In this document: piece by piece, positions 36,325 to 46,744 of the stretch
Numbering within the stretch: the first letter of the stretch is position 1
Layout of the letters: each line of letters starts with the position of its first letter
Assembly (NCBI GenBank): GCA_964359735.1
Contig: CAYHTZ010000003.1
Span: 21,993-85,992 of the forward strand
Reading direction: 5' to 3'
Length of the DNA: 64,000 bases
From: an uncultured Candidatus Saccharibacteria bacterium
Lineage (GTDB): Bacteria; Patescibacteriota; Andersenbacteria; UBA10190
Notes under the pieces: generated by a model
The model's input: the letters and a program-made list of their open reading frames with translations, nothing else
Told to the model about the DNA's origin: nothing
Databases searched by the model: none
Made by a program: the position numbers and the translations under genes

Positions 36325-37341
36325 ATCGGGATTGATTTAGGCACTGCCAATACGCTCGTGTACGTGCGAGGCAAAGGCATTGTGATCAACGAGCCGTCAG
36401 TAGTGGCGCTTAACAAGAAAACGAATGAAGTGCTAGCCATTGGAAAGGAAGCCCAACGTATGGTGGGCAAAACGCCGGCTCACATCGTCGCCGTCCGCCC
36501 TTTGAAAGATGGCGTTATTTCCGACTTTGAAGTGACCGAACAAATGCTGCGTTACTTTATTCAGAAAGTTCATGAAGAGGCCTTCGCACTCTTGGCGCGG
36601 CCGCGGGTGGTAGTAGGGCTCCCTAGCTCGGTTACGGAGGTAGAACGAAGAGCAGTAGAAGAAGCGAGCCTCCGAGCCGGCGCCCGGGCGGTATTTTTGA
36701 TTGAAGAGGTTATGGCGGCGGCCATTGGCACGAGGCTGCCTGTCCATGAGGCCACTGGCAGCTTTATCGTCGACGTGGGTGGGGGAACAACAGATATCGC
36801 GGTCATATCGTTAGGCGGCATTGTGGTTAGTAAGACGCTGCGCGTGGCTGGAGACGAGATGAATGAAAGCATTGTCCAGTACGGACGTGATAATTTTAAT
36901 ATCTTAATCGGAGAAAGAACTGCCGAGGACCTGAAAATTCGTATCGGGGCAGCCACTGAGCTTCCTGAGATGTTAGAAGCCCCGCTGCGGGGCCGAGATC
37001 TGGTGACTGGGCTGCCTAAGGAGGTAGTGATTAATGCGATGCAAGTGCGAGAGGCGCTGTTGCGCCCTACCAGCGCGATTGTGGAGGCAGTGAAGGGAGT
37101 GGTAGAGGAAACTCCGCCTGAACTCATCGCTGACATTATTGACCAAGGTATCCACTTGGCGGGTGGCGGGTCGCTCTTGCGCGGCCTGGACCAGGTTATA
37201 TCGGCGGCAACCCAAATTCGAGCGCGCGTGGTAGATGACCCGCTGACGGCGGTGGTGCGCGGCACAGGCGTAGTTCTCGAAGACGTGGAAGCGCTCCACG
37301 AAGTGCTGCTCCCCAGCGTGCATGGCACACAGTTGAAATAG
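36325..37341 (+). CDS. mreB: Rod-shape-determining actin homologue MreB (paralogue 2); start codon non-canonical/uncertain
   Basis: '(FSQD)IGIDLGTANTLVYVRGKGIVINEPSVVAL...' The essential IDLGT phosphate-1 motif is encoded upstream of the first GTG (36358). Only ATC (36325) or ATT (36331) are available in frame after the proS TAG stop at 36292-36294. Followed by mreC-mreD-PBP2. Confidence 0.8.
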   Translation: MGIDLGTANTLVYVRGKGIVINEPSVVALNKKTNEVLAIGKEAQRMVGKTPAHIVAVRPLKDGVISDFEVTEQMLRYFIQKVHEEAFALLARPRVVVGLPSSVTEVERRAVEEASLRAGARAVFLIEEVMAAAIGTRLPVHEATGSFIVDVGGGTTDIAVISLGGIVVSKTLRVAGDEMNESIVQYGRDNFNILIGERTAEDLKIRIGAATELPEMLEAPLRGRDLVTGLPKEVVINAMQVREALLRPTSAIVEAVKGVVEETPPELIADIIDQGIHLAGGGSLLRGLDQVISAATQIRARVVDDPLTAVVRGTGVVLEDVEALHEVLLPSVHGTQLK

Positions 37342-38109
37342 ATGAGGCTACGCGGAAAAATACTCGTTGGTATTTTAGCAATCCTTATCGCGGGGCTGGC
37401 CGCACTGCAAGCACCAGTCCTGACACGGGTCAGGGGCTTGGCCTGGGATGGGTGGGTGGGGAGTACCGGCTACCTATTTTCAGCGGGAGAGACTGAGGTT
37501 TCACCGGATGTCCTATCCCAACTCGGGGAACTGCGGGCGGAGAACGTGAGGCTCTCGGCTACGCTCATGCGCTTTCAGCGGCTCGAACGCCAGTTGGGAG
37601 AAATAACGCTGCGAAATTTTACGGCTATTCCGGCCTTGGTGGGCTCACAAACTTCAGACACCTTCCGTTCCCAGTACTTTCTCAACCGCGGGGCTCTGGA
37701 TGGCGTTACCCTCCACGCCCCCGTGGTCACTCAGGGCTCAGTGCTGGTGGGTACAGTGGCTGAGCTTTCTCCCAGGAGTTCAGTGGTCCAGCTGCTGCTT
37801 CACCCGGCGACGAGCATTCCGGTCGAGGTGGTGCTCCCCGATGAGGAAAAGGGGATCACACGAGGGTTAGTACAAGGGCAGTCGTACACAGGCATTCTCT
37901 TAACCACGGTGCCCCGGGACAAGGAACTGTCGACAGGAGCCGCGGTGGTGACCAGCGCTCACGAAGACGGTTTTCCCTACGGACTTACAGTCGGCACCGT
38001 CGCAAAAATCCAAAGCACGGAACGAGACGCCTACCAAAGCGCCTCTCTGGATTTACCGTACGACCCTGATGCGCTTGAAGCCGTCCAGGTTTTAATACCA
38101 TTCAAGTGA
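37342..38109 (+). CDS. mreC: Rod shape-determining protein MreC
   Basis: N-terminal TM, coiled-coil 'LRAENVRLSATLMRFQRLERQLGE', C-terminal beta-domain. Sits immediately after mreB. Confidence 0.65.
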   Translation: MRLRGKILVGILAILIAGLAALQAPVLTRVRGLAWDGWVGSTGYLFSAGETEVSPDVLSQLGELRAENVRLSATLMRFQRLERQLGEITLRNFTAIPALVGSQTSDTFRSQYFLNRGALDGVTLHAPVVTQGSVLVGTVAELSPRSSVVQLLLHPATSIPVEVVLPDEEKGITRGLVQGQSYTGILLTTVPRDKELSTGAAVVTSAHEDGFPYGLTVGTVAKIQSTERDAYQSASLDLPYDPDALEAVQVLIPFK

Positions 38110-38110
38110 T

Positions 38111-38569
38111 ATGGCGGGACGTACCCCATGGTGGTTCTGGCTGGCAGCTCTCATCGCTACCTGGTGGATCCCTTTTGTCTTGCTGATGGCGGTTATTCTT
38201 ACATACACGGCTACTCACCCGCGGCGTTGGCTCGTGGTGTTGGCAATTCTCGGAGAACTCTTGACTGCATTGCCGTTGGGAATTGTATCGTGCGTTATAT
38301 TTACTCCTCTCTTAATGCAGCGTCTTTTACCTTCGGAGAAAAGTTTCCCCTCGTTCTCTCTTTTGGGCATTCTTTTCCTCACGATTACTGTCCAGTATCT
38401 TATCTTGGGAAGTTTTGATTTGGGATCGGCCATTGTGCGCGAGGGTGTGGGGACAGCCGAGCGTTACATACCGTACCTGCCGCTTGCTACTGGTATCGTG
38501 AGCGCCACGCTGGCGGCTTTCGTGCTTTTTTCTTCGCGGGCACTGGCGCGCGCGAACAGAATGCCATGA
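38111..38569 (+). CDS. mreD: Rod shape-determining protein MreD (putative)
   Basis: 152-aa polytopic membrane protein between mreC and PBP2. Call rests on position and hydropathy. Confidence 0.5.
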   Translation: MAGRTPWWFWLAALIATWWIPFVLLMAVILTYTATHPRRWLVVLAILGELLTALPLGIVSCVIFTPLLMQRLLPSEKSFPSFSLLGILFLTITVQYLILGSFDLGSAIVREGVGTAERYIPYLPLATGIVSATLAAFVLFSSRALARANRMP

Positions 38570-40356
38570 TGTTTGATGATGACGTGATTGTAGCCCCTGA
38601 CAGGCTACCCTCCGCTAGGGTACCGCCGCGCTTCTGGGTACTGAGTGCGAGTATGGGAGTGGTACTCGCCCTGCTGGTGGGGAGAAGCTTTACGTTGCAA
38701 ATTCTGCGGGGAGAAGATTTTCGCAGAACCGCTGAAGGCAACCGCGTGGCGGCCCTGCCCATTGCGGCCCCCCGCGGCATTCTGTACGACGCCAGCGGGA
38801 AGGCATTGACAGAAAACATTGCCAGCACGGATGTTCTCCTGGACCCCTCCACCCTTCCGGCAGAGGAAGACGAGGCCTACCTTCTCGAAAAGATTCCTGC
38901 TCTGCTTTCTGGAATTACTCCTGAGGCTGTGAGGGAGGGAATCCACCGAGCCAGGGAGCTTAAGCGCCCCGTTGTTCTCAAGAAAGCTGCTTCACATATG
39001 GAGGTGCTGGCCCTGGAAGCAGCGCAGCAGGAGATCGCCGGTGTGCGGCTGGTATCGGCGCTCGTACGTAAATACCCCTATGGTGAAGACTTGGCCCACG
39101 TGGTTGGATATACCGGGGCGGTTACAGCCGAGGAGCTGGAGAGGAACCCAAGTCTCTTGCCGATTGACACCACTGGTAAAATAGGCCTCGAAAAAACATA
39201 CGAGGATAGCCTTAGGGGAAGGCCAGGCTATGTGTATTCCGAGGTCAATGCGGCAGGCAGGCCGCAGAAAGACCTCGGCAGACAGCAGCCGACGGCGGGA
39301 AAAGATCTCGCACTCACGATTGATGTAGAATTGCAACAATTTATCGCTGGGCAGCTCCGGGACGGGAAGCGGCAGGGAGCAGTCGTGGTGCTTGATCCTC
39401 GAGATGGAGCTATCAAAGCATTGGTAAGTTTTCCTACGTTTGATCCTAATGTATTCTCCCAGCCCGGGCAGGGGGAGGCAGCCGCGTCAGCCACGAACGA
39501 ACCTTCGCAGCCTTTATTTAACCGGGCGTTAGCCGGCGCCTACCCGCCAGGTTCGACTATTAAACCTTTTTTGGCAGTCGGGGGGCTCGCGGAAGGCGTG
39601 ATAGATGAGCAAACCACCGTGCTCTCGAGCGGAGGTATTCGGATAGGGCAGTGGTATTTCCCCGATTGGAAGGCAAGCGGACACGGCAGTACCGATGTAA
39701 AAAAGGCGATTGCCGAATCCGTTAACACCTTCTTTTACTTGTTGGCCGGCGGAGACGAGACACGAACGGGGCTAGGGGTTGAGCGGGCAACCGAGTACTT
39801 GGGGCTGTTCGGCTGGGGGAGTACTCCTGAAATTGACCTCCCGGGTGCGGAAGATGGATTCCTACCGTCAAAAGCTTGGAAAGAAAAAACAAAGGGAGAG
39901 CGCTGGTACATTGGAGATACCTACCACTTGGGCATCGGGCAGGGAGGTGTTTTGGTTACCCCCTTACAACTGGCCGACTCCACCGCCGCCATTGCCAATG
40001 GCACTCACTCGATACAGCCTCATTTGAGCAGCGACGTCACGGGGAAGAGAAAGCGCCTGCCATTTCACGCAGAGCACATAACGATCGTACGCGAGGGGAT
40101 GCGTCAAACAGTGACGGAGGGTTCAGGCAGGCGTCTCTCCAGTTTCCCGGTAGCAATAGCGGGGAAAACAGGCACGGCGCAGGTAGGCGGTACTGATAAA
40201 ACTCACGCCTGGTTCACTAGTTTTGGGCCGTACGAGGAACCACAGCTGGTGATAACAGTCCTGCTTGAGTATGCCGGCGAAGGCGATGATGAAGCAGTGC
40301 CATTTACGGAAACTATCTGGCGGTGGTGGCTCGAAAACCGCCATGTAGCACGCTGA
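38566..40356 (+). CDS. mrdA: Penicillin-binding protein 2 (class B transpeptidase)
   Basis: N-terminal TM. 'PGSTIKPF' SxxK motif, 'AGKTGTAQV' KTG motif. ATGA overlap with mreD. Confidence 0.85.
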   Translation: MMFDDDVIVAPDRLPSARVPPRFWVLSASMGVVLALLVGRSFTLQILRGEDFRRTAEGNRVAALPIAAPRGILYDASGKALTENIASTDVLLDPSTLPAEEDEAYLLEKIPALLSGITPEAVREGIHRARELKRPVVLKKAASHMEVLALEAAQQEIAGVRLVSALVRKYPYGEDLAHVVGYTGAVTAEELERNPSLLPIDTTGKIGLEKTYEDSLRGRPGYVYSEVNAAGRPQKDLGRQQPTAGKDLALTIDVELQQFIAGQLRDGKRQGAVVVLDPRDGAIKALVSFPTFDPNVFSQPGQGEAAASATNEPSQPLFNRALAGAYPPGSTIKPFLAVGGLAEGVIDEQTTVLSSGGIRIGQWYFPDWKASGHGSTDVKKAIAESVNTFFYLLAGGDETRTGLGVERATEYLGLFGWGSTPEIDLPGAEDGFLPSKAWKEKTKGERWYIGDTYHLGIGQGGVLVTPLQLADSTAAIANGTHSIQPHLSSDVTGKRKRLPFHAEHITIVREGMRQTVTEGSGRRLSSFPVAIAGKTGTAQVGGTDKTHAWFTSFGPYEEPQLVITVLLEYAGEGDDEAVPFTETIWRWWLENRHVAR

Positions 40357-40395
40357 GGTGTCAAATTTTTATGACAAGGCTGTGAACAACCCTGC

Positions 40396-40424
40396 TTGAC
40401 CGAGTAATCCCGGCTACCTACACT
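40396..40424 (+). promoter_or_regulatory. Candidate sigma70-type promoter TTGACC, 17-nt spacer, TACACT upstream of greA
   Basis: Seen in sequence, 26 nt upstream of the greA ATG (40451). Confidence 0.4.
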
Positions 40425-40450
40425 GCAAGACACTAAAATTAAATCATCCT

Positions 40451-40909
40451 ATGAAAGACCGGTACCTTACCAAGGAGGGGTTATCTGATCTCAAAACGAA
40501 GCTTCAAGTCTTGAAGACTGAGCGAAGGCGCGAGATTGCTGAGGCTATTCACACAGCCAAGGAGCAGGGAGATCTTTCGGAAAATGCTGAGTACGTGAGT
40601 GCGAAAGAAGAACAGCGAAGGTTAGAGGAAGAAATTGCAGAACTCGAGGCGACGGTTAAGCATGCTAAGCTGATTACCAAATCAAGTGATCTGGCGCACG
40701 TGGACTTGGGCGATACCGTGACACTCCAGTGCAACGGCCTGGAAAAGACATACGTGATTGTAGGGTCTGATGAAGCTAACCCGTTGGAGGGGAAAATCAG
40801 CAACGAGTCTCCAATGGGCCAAGCCCTTTTGGGTAAGCAGAGAGGAGAGATAGTAAAGATCCCAACACCCGTGGGAGAGAAGGACTGCGAAATAGTAGGG
40901 ATCAGCTGA
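40451..40909 (+). CDS. greA: Transcription elongation factor GreA
   Basis: 'LTKEGLSDLKTKLQVLKTERRREIAEAIHTAKEQGDLSENAEYVSAKEEQRRLEEEIAELE' coiled-coil, plus FKBP-like C-terminal domain. Confidence 0.9.
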   Translation: MKDRYLTKEGLSDLKTKLQVLKTERRREIAEAIHTAKEQGDLSENAEYVSAKEEQRRLEEEIAELEATVKHAKLITKSSDLAHVDLGDTVTLQCNGLEKTYVIVGSDEANPLEGKISNESPMGQALLGKQRGEIVKIPTPVGEKDCEIVGIS

Positions 40910-40918
40910 CGCGGATCA

Positions 40919-40990
40919 AGAAAATAGAAATTGGAAATTGAGAAAATAGGGGTTGCCAATCTCTATTTTCTATTTTCTGTTTTCTATTTA
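40919..40990. repeat. Intergenic A/T-rich inverted repeat (AGAAAATAG...CTATTTTCT) followed by tandem heptamers (TTTTCTA/TTTTCTG x4)
   Basis: Seen in sequence between greA stop and lysS start. Possible terminator hairpin plus simple-sequence repeat. Confidence 0.4.
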
Positions 40991-41000
40991 CTCTTACATC

Positions 41001-42476
41001 ATGGCTGAAGAGCGCCTAGAGGAAATACGCGAGGCCAGGCTCGAAGCCCGCCGGCAACTGCTTGAGGCGGGTCTTCCCCCGTATCCAGCTGAGGTACGCC
41101 GCACGCACACCTTGCGGGAAGTTCATGATGCCTTCGCCAAGCTCCTGAAAGACAACCCTTCGCTGATGGTGCTGGGAAGAGTTACGAGTATGCGTAAGCA
41201 TGGAGCAGTGGTGTTTCTGGACCTGACCGATGCCTCAGGCACCCTGCAGTTACAAGTCACGCGCGGCGAGGTGGAGTCAGAAATTTTTGACCGACTGGAA
41301 CTCCTCGATACAGGAGATTGGATCCAAGCGGTGGGCAAAGCGGTAAAGACGCAGCGGGGGGTTAAAACACTGCTGGTGCAAGCCTGGCATATCGTCAGCA
41401 AGGCGATCCGGCCCCTGCCTTCGCAGTGGTATGGGCTGCGCGACCATGAGAAGCGGTACCGAGAGCGGGAAGTGGATCTCTTGCTCAACCCGGAGGTGCG
41501 GCGAACATTCGAAATGAGAAGCAACATTATCCGCTGGGTCCGGGAGTTCATGCACACTGAAGGGTACACGGAAGTGGAAACGCCTGTGCTCTCGCACCAA
41601 GCCGGAGGAGCGGCGGCGCGGCCGTTTCAGACCCATCACAACGCCTTGAACATGCCGCTGTATCTCCGGATCGCCACGGAAATCCACCTGAAACGCTTGC
41701 TGGTGGATGGATTTGAAAAAGTCTTTGAACTGGGCGTGCGCTTTCGCAACGAAGGCATGGACCGTCAGCACAACCCTGAGTTTACAATGCTGGAGTCGCA
41801 ATGGGCCTACGCAGACTACGAAGACCTCATGGATTTTACCGAAGAAGCCCTCTACCGGCTGACGACTGAACTCTTGGGCACGAGCGAGGTCACCTGGCAG
41901 GGAAAAGCCCTTTCATTCCAGAGACCATTTACGCGAGTCCGCTACGTCGATGTCGTGAGCAAGCGGATCGGCGTGGATATCTTGAAGGAAAAAAACACGG
42001 ATGTATACGTCAAGATTTTTGAAAAAGAGAAACTGCCCTTACCAGAAGTTACCACCTACTACCAACTCGTGGATGAACTCTATAAAGAGTTGATCCGCCC
42101 CACGCTCATCCAACCTACCATTGTCTACGATTACCCCGCAGAAATGGTGCCGCTGGCGAAGCGCAGTCTCACCGACCCAAGAATCGCGGAAAAATTCCAA
42201 ACTCTGGCGGCGGGGATGGAACTGAATAACTGTTACACCGAACTCAACGACCCGGTGTTGCAACGCGAAGCGTTCGAAGAGCAAATGAAAGCGCGCGCAG
42301 CAGGGGACAGCGAGGCCCAAGAAATTGACGAGGAATACTTGCGCGCGATGGAATATGGCATACCGCCGAATGCAGGTTGGAGTCTGGGAATTGACCGCGT
42401 GGTGATGCTTCTCACCGATTCTCCCAGTATCCGTGATGTAATTTTATTCCCGCTCTTAAAGCCTGACAATGATTGA
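41001..42476 (+). CDS. lysS: Lysine--tRNA ligase (class II)
   Basis: OB anticodon-binding '[29 protein letters not shown]'. Motif 2/3 region '[12 protein letters not shown]...', 'NCYTELNDP', '[20 protein letters not shown]'. Start ATG 41001. Confidence 0.9.
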   Translation: MAEERLEEIREARLEARRQLLEAGLPPYPAEVRRTHTLREVHDAFAKLLKDNPSLMVLGRVTSMRKHGAVVFLDLTDASGTLQLQVTRGEVESEIFDRLELLDTGDWIQAVGKAVKTQRGVKTLLVQAWHIVSKAIRPLPSQWYGLRDHEKRYREREVDLLLNPEVRRTFEMRSNIIRWVREFMHTEGYTEVETPVLSHQAGGAAARPFQTHHNALNMPLYLRIATEIHLKRLLVDGFEKVFELGVRFRNEGMDRQHNPEFTMLESQWAYADYEDLMDFTEEALYRLTTELLGTSEVTWQGKALSFQRPFTRVRYVDVVSKRIGVDILKEKNTDVYVKIFEKEKLPLPEVTTYYQLVDELYKELIRPTLIQPTIVYDYPAEMVPLAKRSLTDPRIAEKFQTLAAGMELNNCYTELNDPVLQREAFEEQMKARAAGDSEAQEIDEEYLRAMEYGIPPNAGWSLGIDRVVMLLTDSPSIRDVILFPLLKPDND

Positions 42477-43773
42477 TATTGAAATCATCCGGCGGGAGAA
42501 GAGCCGTGTGCAGGAAGCTGCTAGAAATAAGAACGTTACGGTTGACCTTGACCGGCTGCTCAAACTAGACGAGAAGCGTCGAGAACTTGCCCAAGGAGTT
42601 GCGAGTGTCGAGCAAAAACGCAATAAAGTGGCCAAGGCGGGGCAGGGGGGCAGACCGAGCGTTGAAGCAATTGCTCAAGGCAAAGAATTAAAAGAGGAGG
42701 TTGCCCGCCTTCAGGCGCAACTCGAGGAAATAGAGAAAGAGCTCGCACCTTTACTTGAAGCAGTACCAAACATTCCGAGCGAGGACACCCCGATCGGGAA
42801 AGATGAATCGGCGAATGTTGTCGTACGGCACGTGGGGAAGGTGCCCACATTTGATTTTCAGCCTAAAGAGCACTGGGAACTAGGGGAGGCTCTAGGAATT
42901 ATTGATATAGAGACGGCTGCGAACATATCCGGTTCTAGGTTTTACTACCTCAAGGGTGAGCTCGTTTGGCTCGAACTTGCGCTTATTCAGCATGCATTTC
43001 GTGTACTCACAGATACAAACACTCTGCGCAGTATTGCTGAGAAAGCAGGGGTACGTGTTCCAGTAACGCCCTTTCTGCCGGTACTGCCGCCGGTCTTAAT
43101 GAAGTCTGAGGTTATGCAGAAAATGGCACGGCTTGAACCGCGTGAGCAACGTTACCATACACCGACAGATGACCTGTACCTCGTGGGTAGCGCGGAGCAC
43201 ACGCTTGGACCTATGCACATGGGTCACACCTTTCGCGAGGAAGATCTACCCCGACGGTACGTAGGTTTCTCGACCGCTTTCCGCCGAGAGGCGGGCACGT
43301 ATGGAAAGGATACGCGCGGGATCCTACGTGTCCACCAGTTCGACAAGGTGGAGCTAGAATCCTTCACTCTGCCTGAGACAGGCGTGGCAGAGCAGGATTT
43401 TATGGTGGCAATTCAGGAGCATCTTATGCAGTCTCTCGGTGTTGCCTACCAAGTTGTCTTGAAGTGCACCGCCGATATGGGCACCCCTAATGCGCGGGGG
43501 ATTGATATCGAAACATGGCTGCCTGGACAAAATCGATACCGCGAGACTCACTCAGCCGACTACATGTCTGACTACCAGGCGCGTCGGCTTAATACGAAGG
43601 TCAAGAGGGCCAGCGGGAAGAAGGAGCTGGTACACATGAATGACGCCACCGTGTTCGCGATTGGGCGCACGCTCATTGCCGTTATGGAAAACTATCAGCT
43701 GCCCGACGGCTCAATTGCTGTGCCAGAAGTTTTAAAACCTTACGTTCCATTCGAGCGAATTGCACGTACGTGA
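42469..43773 (+). CDS. serS: Serine--tRNA ligase
   Basis: N-terminal coiled-coil arm '[21 protein letters not shown]...', class II core '[22 protein letters not shown]'. Confidence 0.9.
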   Translation: MIDIEIIRREKSRVQEAARNKNVTVDLDRLLKLDEKRRELAQGVASVEQKRNKVAKAGQGGRPSVEAIAQGKELKEEVARLQAQLEEIEKELAPLLEAVPNIPSEDTPIGKDESANVVVRHVGKVPTFDFQPKEHWELGEALGIIDIETAANISGSRFYYLKGELVWLELALIQHAFRVLTDTNTLRSIAEKAGVRVPVTPFLPVLPPVLMKSEVMQKMARLEPREQRYHTPTDDLYLVGSAEHTLGPMHMGHTFREEDLPRRYVGFSTAFRREAGTYGKDTRGILRVHQFDKVELESFTLPETGVAEQDFMVAIQEHLMQSLGVAYQVVLKCTADMGTPNARGIDIETWLPGQNRYRETHSADYMSDYQARRLNTKVKRASGKKELVHMNDATVFAIGRTLIAVMENYQLPDGSIAVPEVLKPYVPFERIART

Positions 43774-43793
43774 GTACGTGAGATACTGACTCC

Positions 43794-44681
43794 ATGCGGC
43801 TTACCTTCCTCTGGAAAAGGGTTTTAACGTACGTACCGTCAGTTTTCTTAGGACTGCTTATCGCCGTGCCGGTCTTCAGCTTGGTTTGGTTTGTGCTTTT
43901 TACCGACACCTTCACGGTGCAAACTGTCACTGTTGTAGATGCACGACCGCAGACGGTGGAGCAAATTATGGGTGTGGCCCAGCGCATGCAAGGGAAGAAT
44001 ATCTTGTTTTTGCAAACTGATATTCTGGAGCAGCAAATTCTTACCGAACTGGCGCAAGTACGCATCGTCCATGCCGCGCGTAAACTCCCGGGAACTCTTA
44101 AGCTCGTGATTCAAGAAAAAACACCACAGGCGTTGCTGTTGGCATCGTCTACGTATTACTTCCTCGATGAAGGAGGCACAGCCTACGAAGAAGCGCGCCT
44201 CGACACCTTGCCGGGGGTGGTGCTGCCTACACTAAAAGTGAGCGGCGGCGAGGCTACCGTCACGATTGGGACGCAAGTGGTAGAGCCAGCCTTCATTCAG
44301 TTCGTTGAGCACGTGCAAACAGAGCTGCCGAACTTGGTGGCCGCCCAAGTGGTGGAAATCCGCATTCCCTCTCTCTCCGCTCGGGAAGTTCACTTTTCTT
44401 TAAGTAACAACTGGGAAGTGCGATTTGATAGCACCCGGGGAGCACAGTCTCAGCTCAACGTGCTTCGTCAGCTCATTACCAGCACCATACCTCCGGCAGA
44501 ACAGCAAACTTTAGAGTATATCGATTTGCGCATTCCTCAGCGTGTCTACTACAAGTCGAGAGGCAAGGCGGCTACTCCCGCTGCCACTGCGACACCATCA
44601 CCTCGCCCTGATGCGGAAACACCTCCTGATACTTCTCCTCGCGAGTCCGCTCCCACGGAGGCGGAAGCACAAGGGGAGTAG
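43794..44681 (+). CDS. FtsQ/DivIB-like cell-division protein (TM + POTRA) with P/A/T-rich disordered C-tail
   Basis: N-terminal TM 'VFLGLLIAVPVFSLVWFVLF'. POTRA-like 'FTVQTVTVVD...KNILFLQTDILEQQILTELAQVRIVHAARKLPGTLKLVIQEKTP'. Assignment by pattern. Confidence 0.5.
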   Translation: MRLTFLWKRVLTYVPSVFLGLLIAVPVFSLVWFVLFTDTFTVQTVTVVDARPQTVEQIMGVAQRMQGKNILFLQTDILEQQILTELAQVRIVHAARKLPGTLKLVIQEKTPQALLLASSTYYFLDEGGTAYEEARLDTLPGVVLPTLKVSGGEATVTIGTQVVEPAFIQFVEHVQTELPNLVAAQVVEIRIPSLSAREVHFSLSNNWEVRFDSTRGAQSQLNVLRQLITSTIPPAEQQTLEYIDLRIPQRVYYKSRGKAATPAATATPSPRPDAETPPDTSPRESAPTEAEAQGE

Positions 44682-46170
44682 CGCCAAAACCAGTTGTGTC
44701 GATTACCCACAATGAATGGTCTTCGCTGGCCACTACGCTTTCCCAGGAGGCCACGTCGTCGGGCACGAGCGCCGCTACGCCAGCGTAGTGGGGCAGCGCC
44801 TTGGGATCGGCGATGAGCTTGAGAGGAGGCAGCGGCACGGCCCGGTGCCCAGCATGAAAAACGGCAGGTAAAAAAATGAAGGGCGATGAAACATACAGTT
44901 TCTCTTCAGGCTGGAGTTGATTTGCGAGAGACACTACGGCTGCCTGCAACCCGGGACGGCGCGCGATTTCAAGCTCCTGCTGGTAGGCAAGCGCGGCGGA
45001 GAGGGAGAGGACAAGGACGCAGAGCCCAAGCGTCCAAGCGAGGCCTCGCGAGCGGAACCGTGTCAAAAGAGCGGCCAAGGCTACCCCAAAAAATATGTGC
45101 GCGAAAATGAGGAAACGATCGTGATAGAGGCTTTGGCCCATCACTGATATCACAATAATGAACGCGATCGGTACGACAGTGAGCGTCGCCACGAAATAGG
45201 CAGCGGCGTGCGACCGTGACTCGCCGACAACCAGCCAGAGGAAGGCGAGGAGGGTAAGCATCAACGCAAAATAAGCCCAGCCTTTGGCTACTGGTTCAAG
45301 CGTAGGTGCCGCAAAATGATAAAATGTGGTGATAGCCGTAGTCGCACTGAATTCGGGAACCCAAAAATTACCCTGCAGGCGTTGGACTTGTTGTACGAGA
45401 GTGGGCAGCCAGGGCAAATACATGAGGGCGGCAGCGAGGAAGGCCAGGGCGGCATGGCGAGCCAAAGGTTCCCGAACCACTTCATACAAGCGGGCGCGCG
45501 TGCGGACAAACAGCATACCTACGACAAAGAGCATCTGGGCCGCGAGCGTGAGAAAACCAAAGTTATGCACGTATACAAGCATAGCGGCGAGTACGCTGTA
45601 CGCTGCCCAGCTGAGAAGCGGGCGCGCGGAAGGGTTGCGCCCGAGACTGAGACGGCATGAGCGTAGGAGCAACCAGCTGGAAAGAAGAACGAGCGCGGGA
45701 ACAAGCGTGTACATCCGTGCATCCCACGCAAAGGGAATCTGCCAGGCTGAGACAGCGGTGAACGCGGCGGCGAGAATACCTGTCTCGCGCGAACGCCAGC
45801 TTGAGGCCGCAAACAGGTACGCTGAGGCGACTGCGACTCCCGCGAAAGCTACAGAAAGAGAACGCAGGCCTAGCAGTGAAGATCCAAAGACCCAGGTCCA
45901 CGCTTTGAGCAAGAGATAGTAGAGCGGGGGATGGACATCGGCCGCCGTGCGGCTGATTATTTCTGCAACAGGGAACAGCGTGATCCGCCACGTGAAAGCT
46001 TCATCAAACCAAATACTGCGGCTCGTCAACGGGTGCACGCGCAGGGCGATGCTCCCGGCGACCACTACCAAAAGAATTGTGAGTGCAAGACGGCGAGACA
46101 TACGGTTTTGAGTTCTACCTTTGAAAGGTATACTATAGAGGTCAAGACAGACAAAACACAGAAAGAGCAC
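44572..46170 (-). CDS. GT-C fold glycosyltransferase (family 39/ArnT/PMT-like, dolichyl-/undecaprenyl-phosphate sugar dependent)
   Basis: 'SIWFDEAFTWRI' DE motif in the first periplasmic loop, more than 10 TM helices, C-terminal soluble domain. 532 aa. Confidence 0.65.
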   Translation of the reverse strand: MLFLCFVCLDLYSIPFKGRTQNRMSRRLALTILLVVVAGSIALRVHPLTSRSIWFDEAFTWRITLFPVAEIISRTAADVHPPLYYLLLKAWTWVFGSSLLGLRSLSVAFAGVAVASAYLFAASSWRSRETGILAAAFTAVSAWQIPFAWDARMYTLVPALVLLSSWLLLRSCRLSLGRNPSARPLLSWAAYSVLAAMLVYVHNFGFLTLAAQMLFVVGMLFVRTRARLYEVVREPLARHAALAFLAAALMYLPWLPTLVQQVQRLQGNFWVPEFSATTAITTFYHFAAPTLEPVAKGWAYFALMLTLLAFLWLVVGESRSHAAAYFVATLTVVPIAFIIVISVMGQSLYHDRFLIFAHIFFGVALAALLTRFRSRGLAWTLGLCVLVLSLSAALAYQQELEIARRPGLQAAVVSLANQLQPEEKLYVSSPFIFLPAVFHAGHRAVPLPPLKLIADPKALPHYAGVAALVPDDVASWESVVASEDHSLWVIDTTGFGATPLVLPPPWERTREEKYQEVFPHQGEVMVSQWQRE

Positions 46171-46193
46171 TCAATCAAAGCACACAAACAATT

Positions 46194-46736
46194 ATGCCCC
46201 TTGATCCTAAAGCAGTTGCCCTAATCCGCCAGCGTTTGGATGAAGCCGAGCGGAATATTCAATACGCATTACGCGCGCTTGAGGAAGACCCCAATTCGCT
46301 CGCTCCTAAGGAGCTTCCCGGGGCAGGGGATGTGCCAGCCAAAGAAGAACACGTGGGAGAGCGTGTCATTGAAGGCGTGTTTGACGGGCAAAATATGCAG
46401 GGAAACGACGGCGAGGAGTACCCGGTTCCTCCCAATTACGCCTCAAAATCGAAACTGGTTGAGGGCGATGTTCTGAAACTAACGATTGGCGCTGATGGCT
46501 CGTTTATTTACAAGCAAATTGGACCGGTGGAGCGGCGGCGCGAGGTAGGTGTGCTCACGGTGGACCCCCACGGGAATTTTGGCGTGAAGGTGGGAGATCG
46601 ATGGTACAAGGTGCTGCTCGCGAGCGTCACATTTTACAAAGCTGAGGAAGGAGACGAAGTTACAATTTTGCTGCCGAAAAATGCCGAAGCACAGTGGGGC
46701 GCAGTTGAGTATGTGATTCACCAGCATGCCGGCTAG
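46194..46736 (+). CDS. Hypothetical protein (180 aa, acidic)
   Basis: ORF with reasonable composition in the correct strand context. No recognised motif. Confidence 0.45.
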   Translation: MPLDPKAVALIRQRLDEAERNIQYALRALEEDPNSLAPKELPGAGDVPAKEEHVGERVIEGVFDGQNMQGNDGEEYPVPPNYASKSKLVEGDVLKLTIGADGSFIYKQIGPVERRREVGVLTVDPHGNFGVKVGDRWYKVLLASVTFYKAEEGDEVTILLPKNAEAQWGAVEYVIHQHAG

Positions 46737-46744
46737 GCAAGTCT

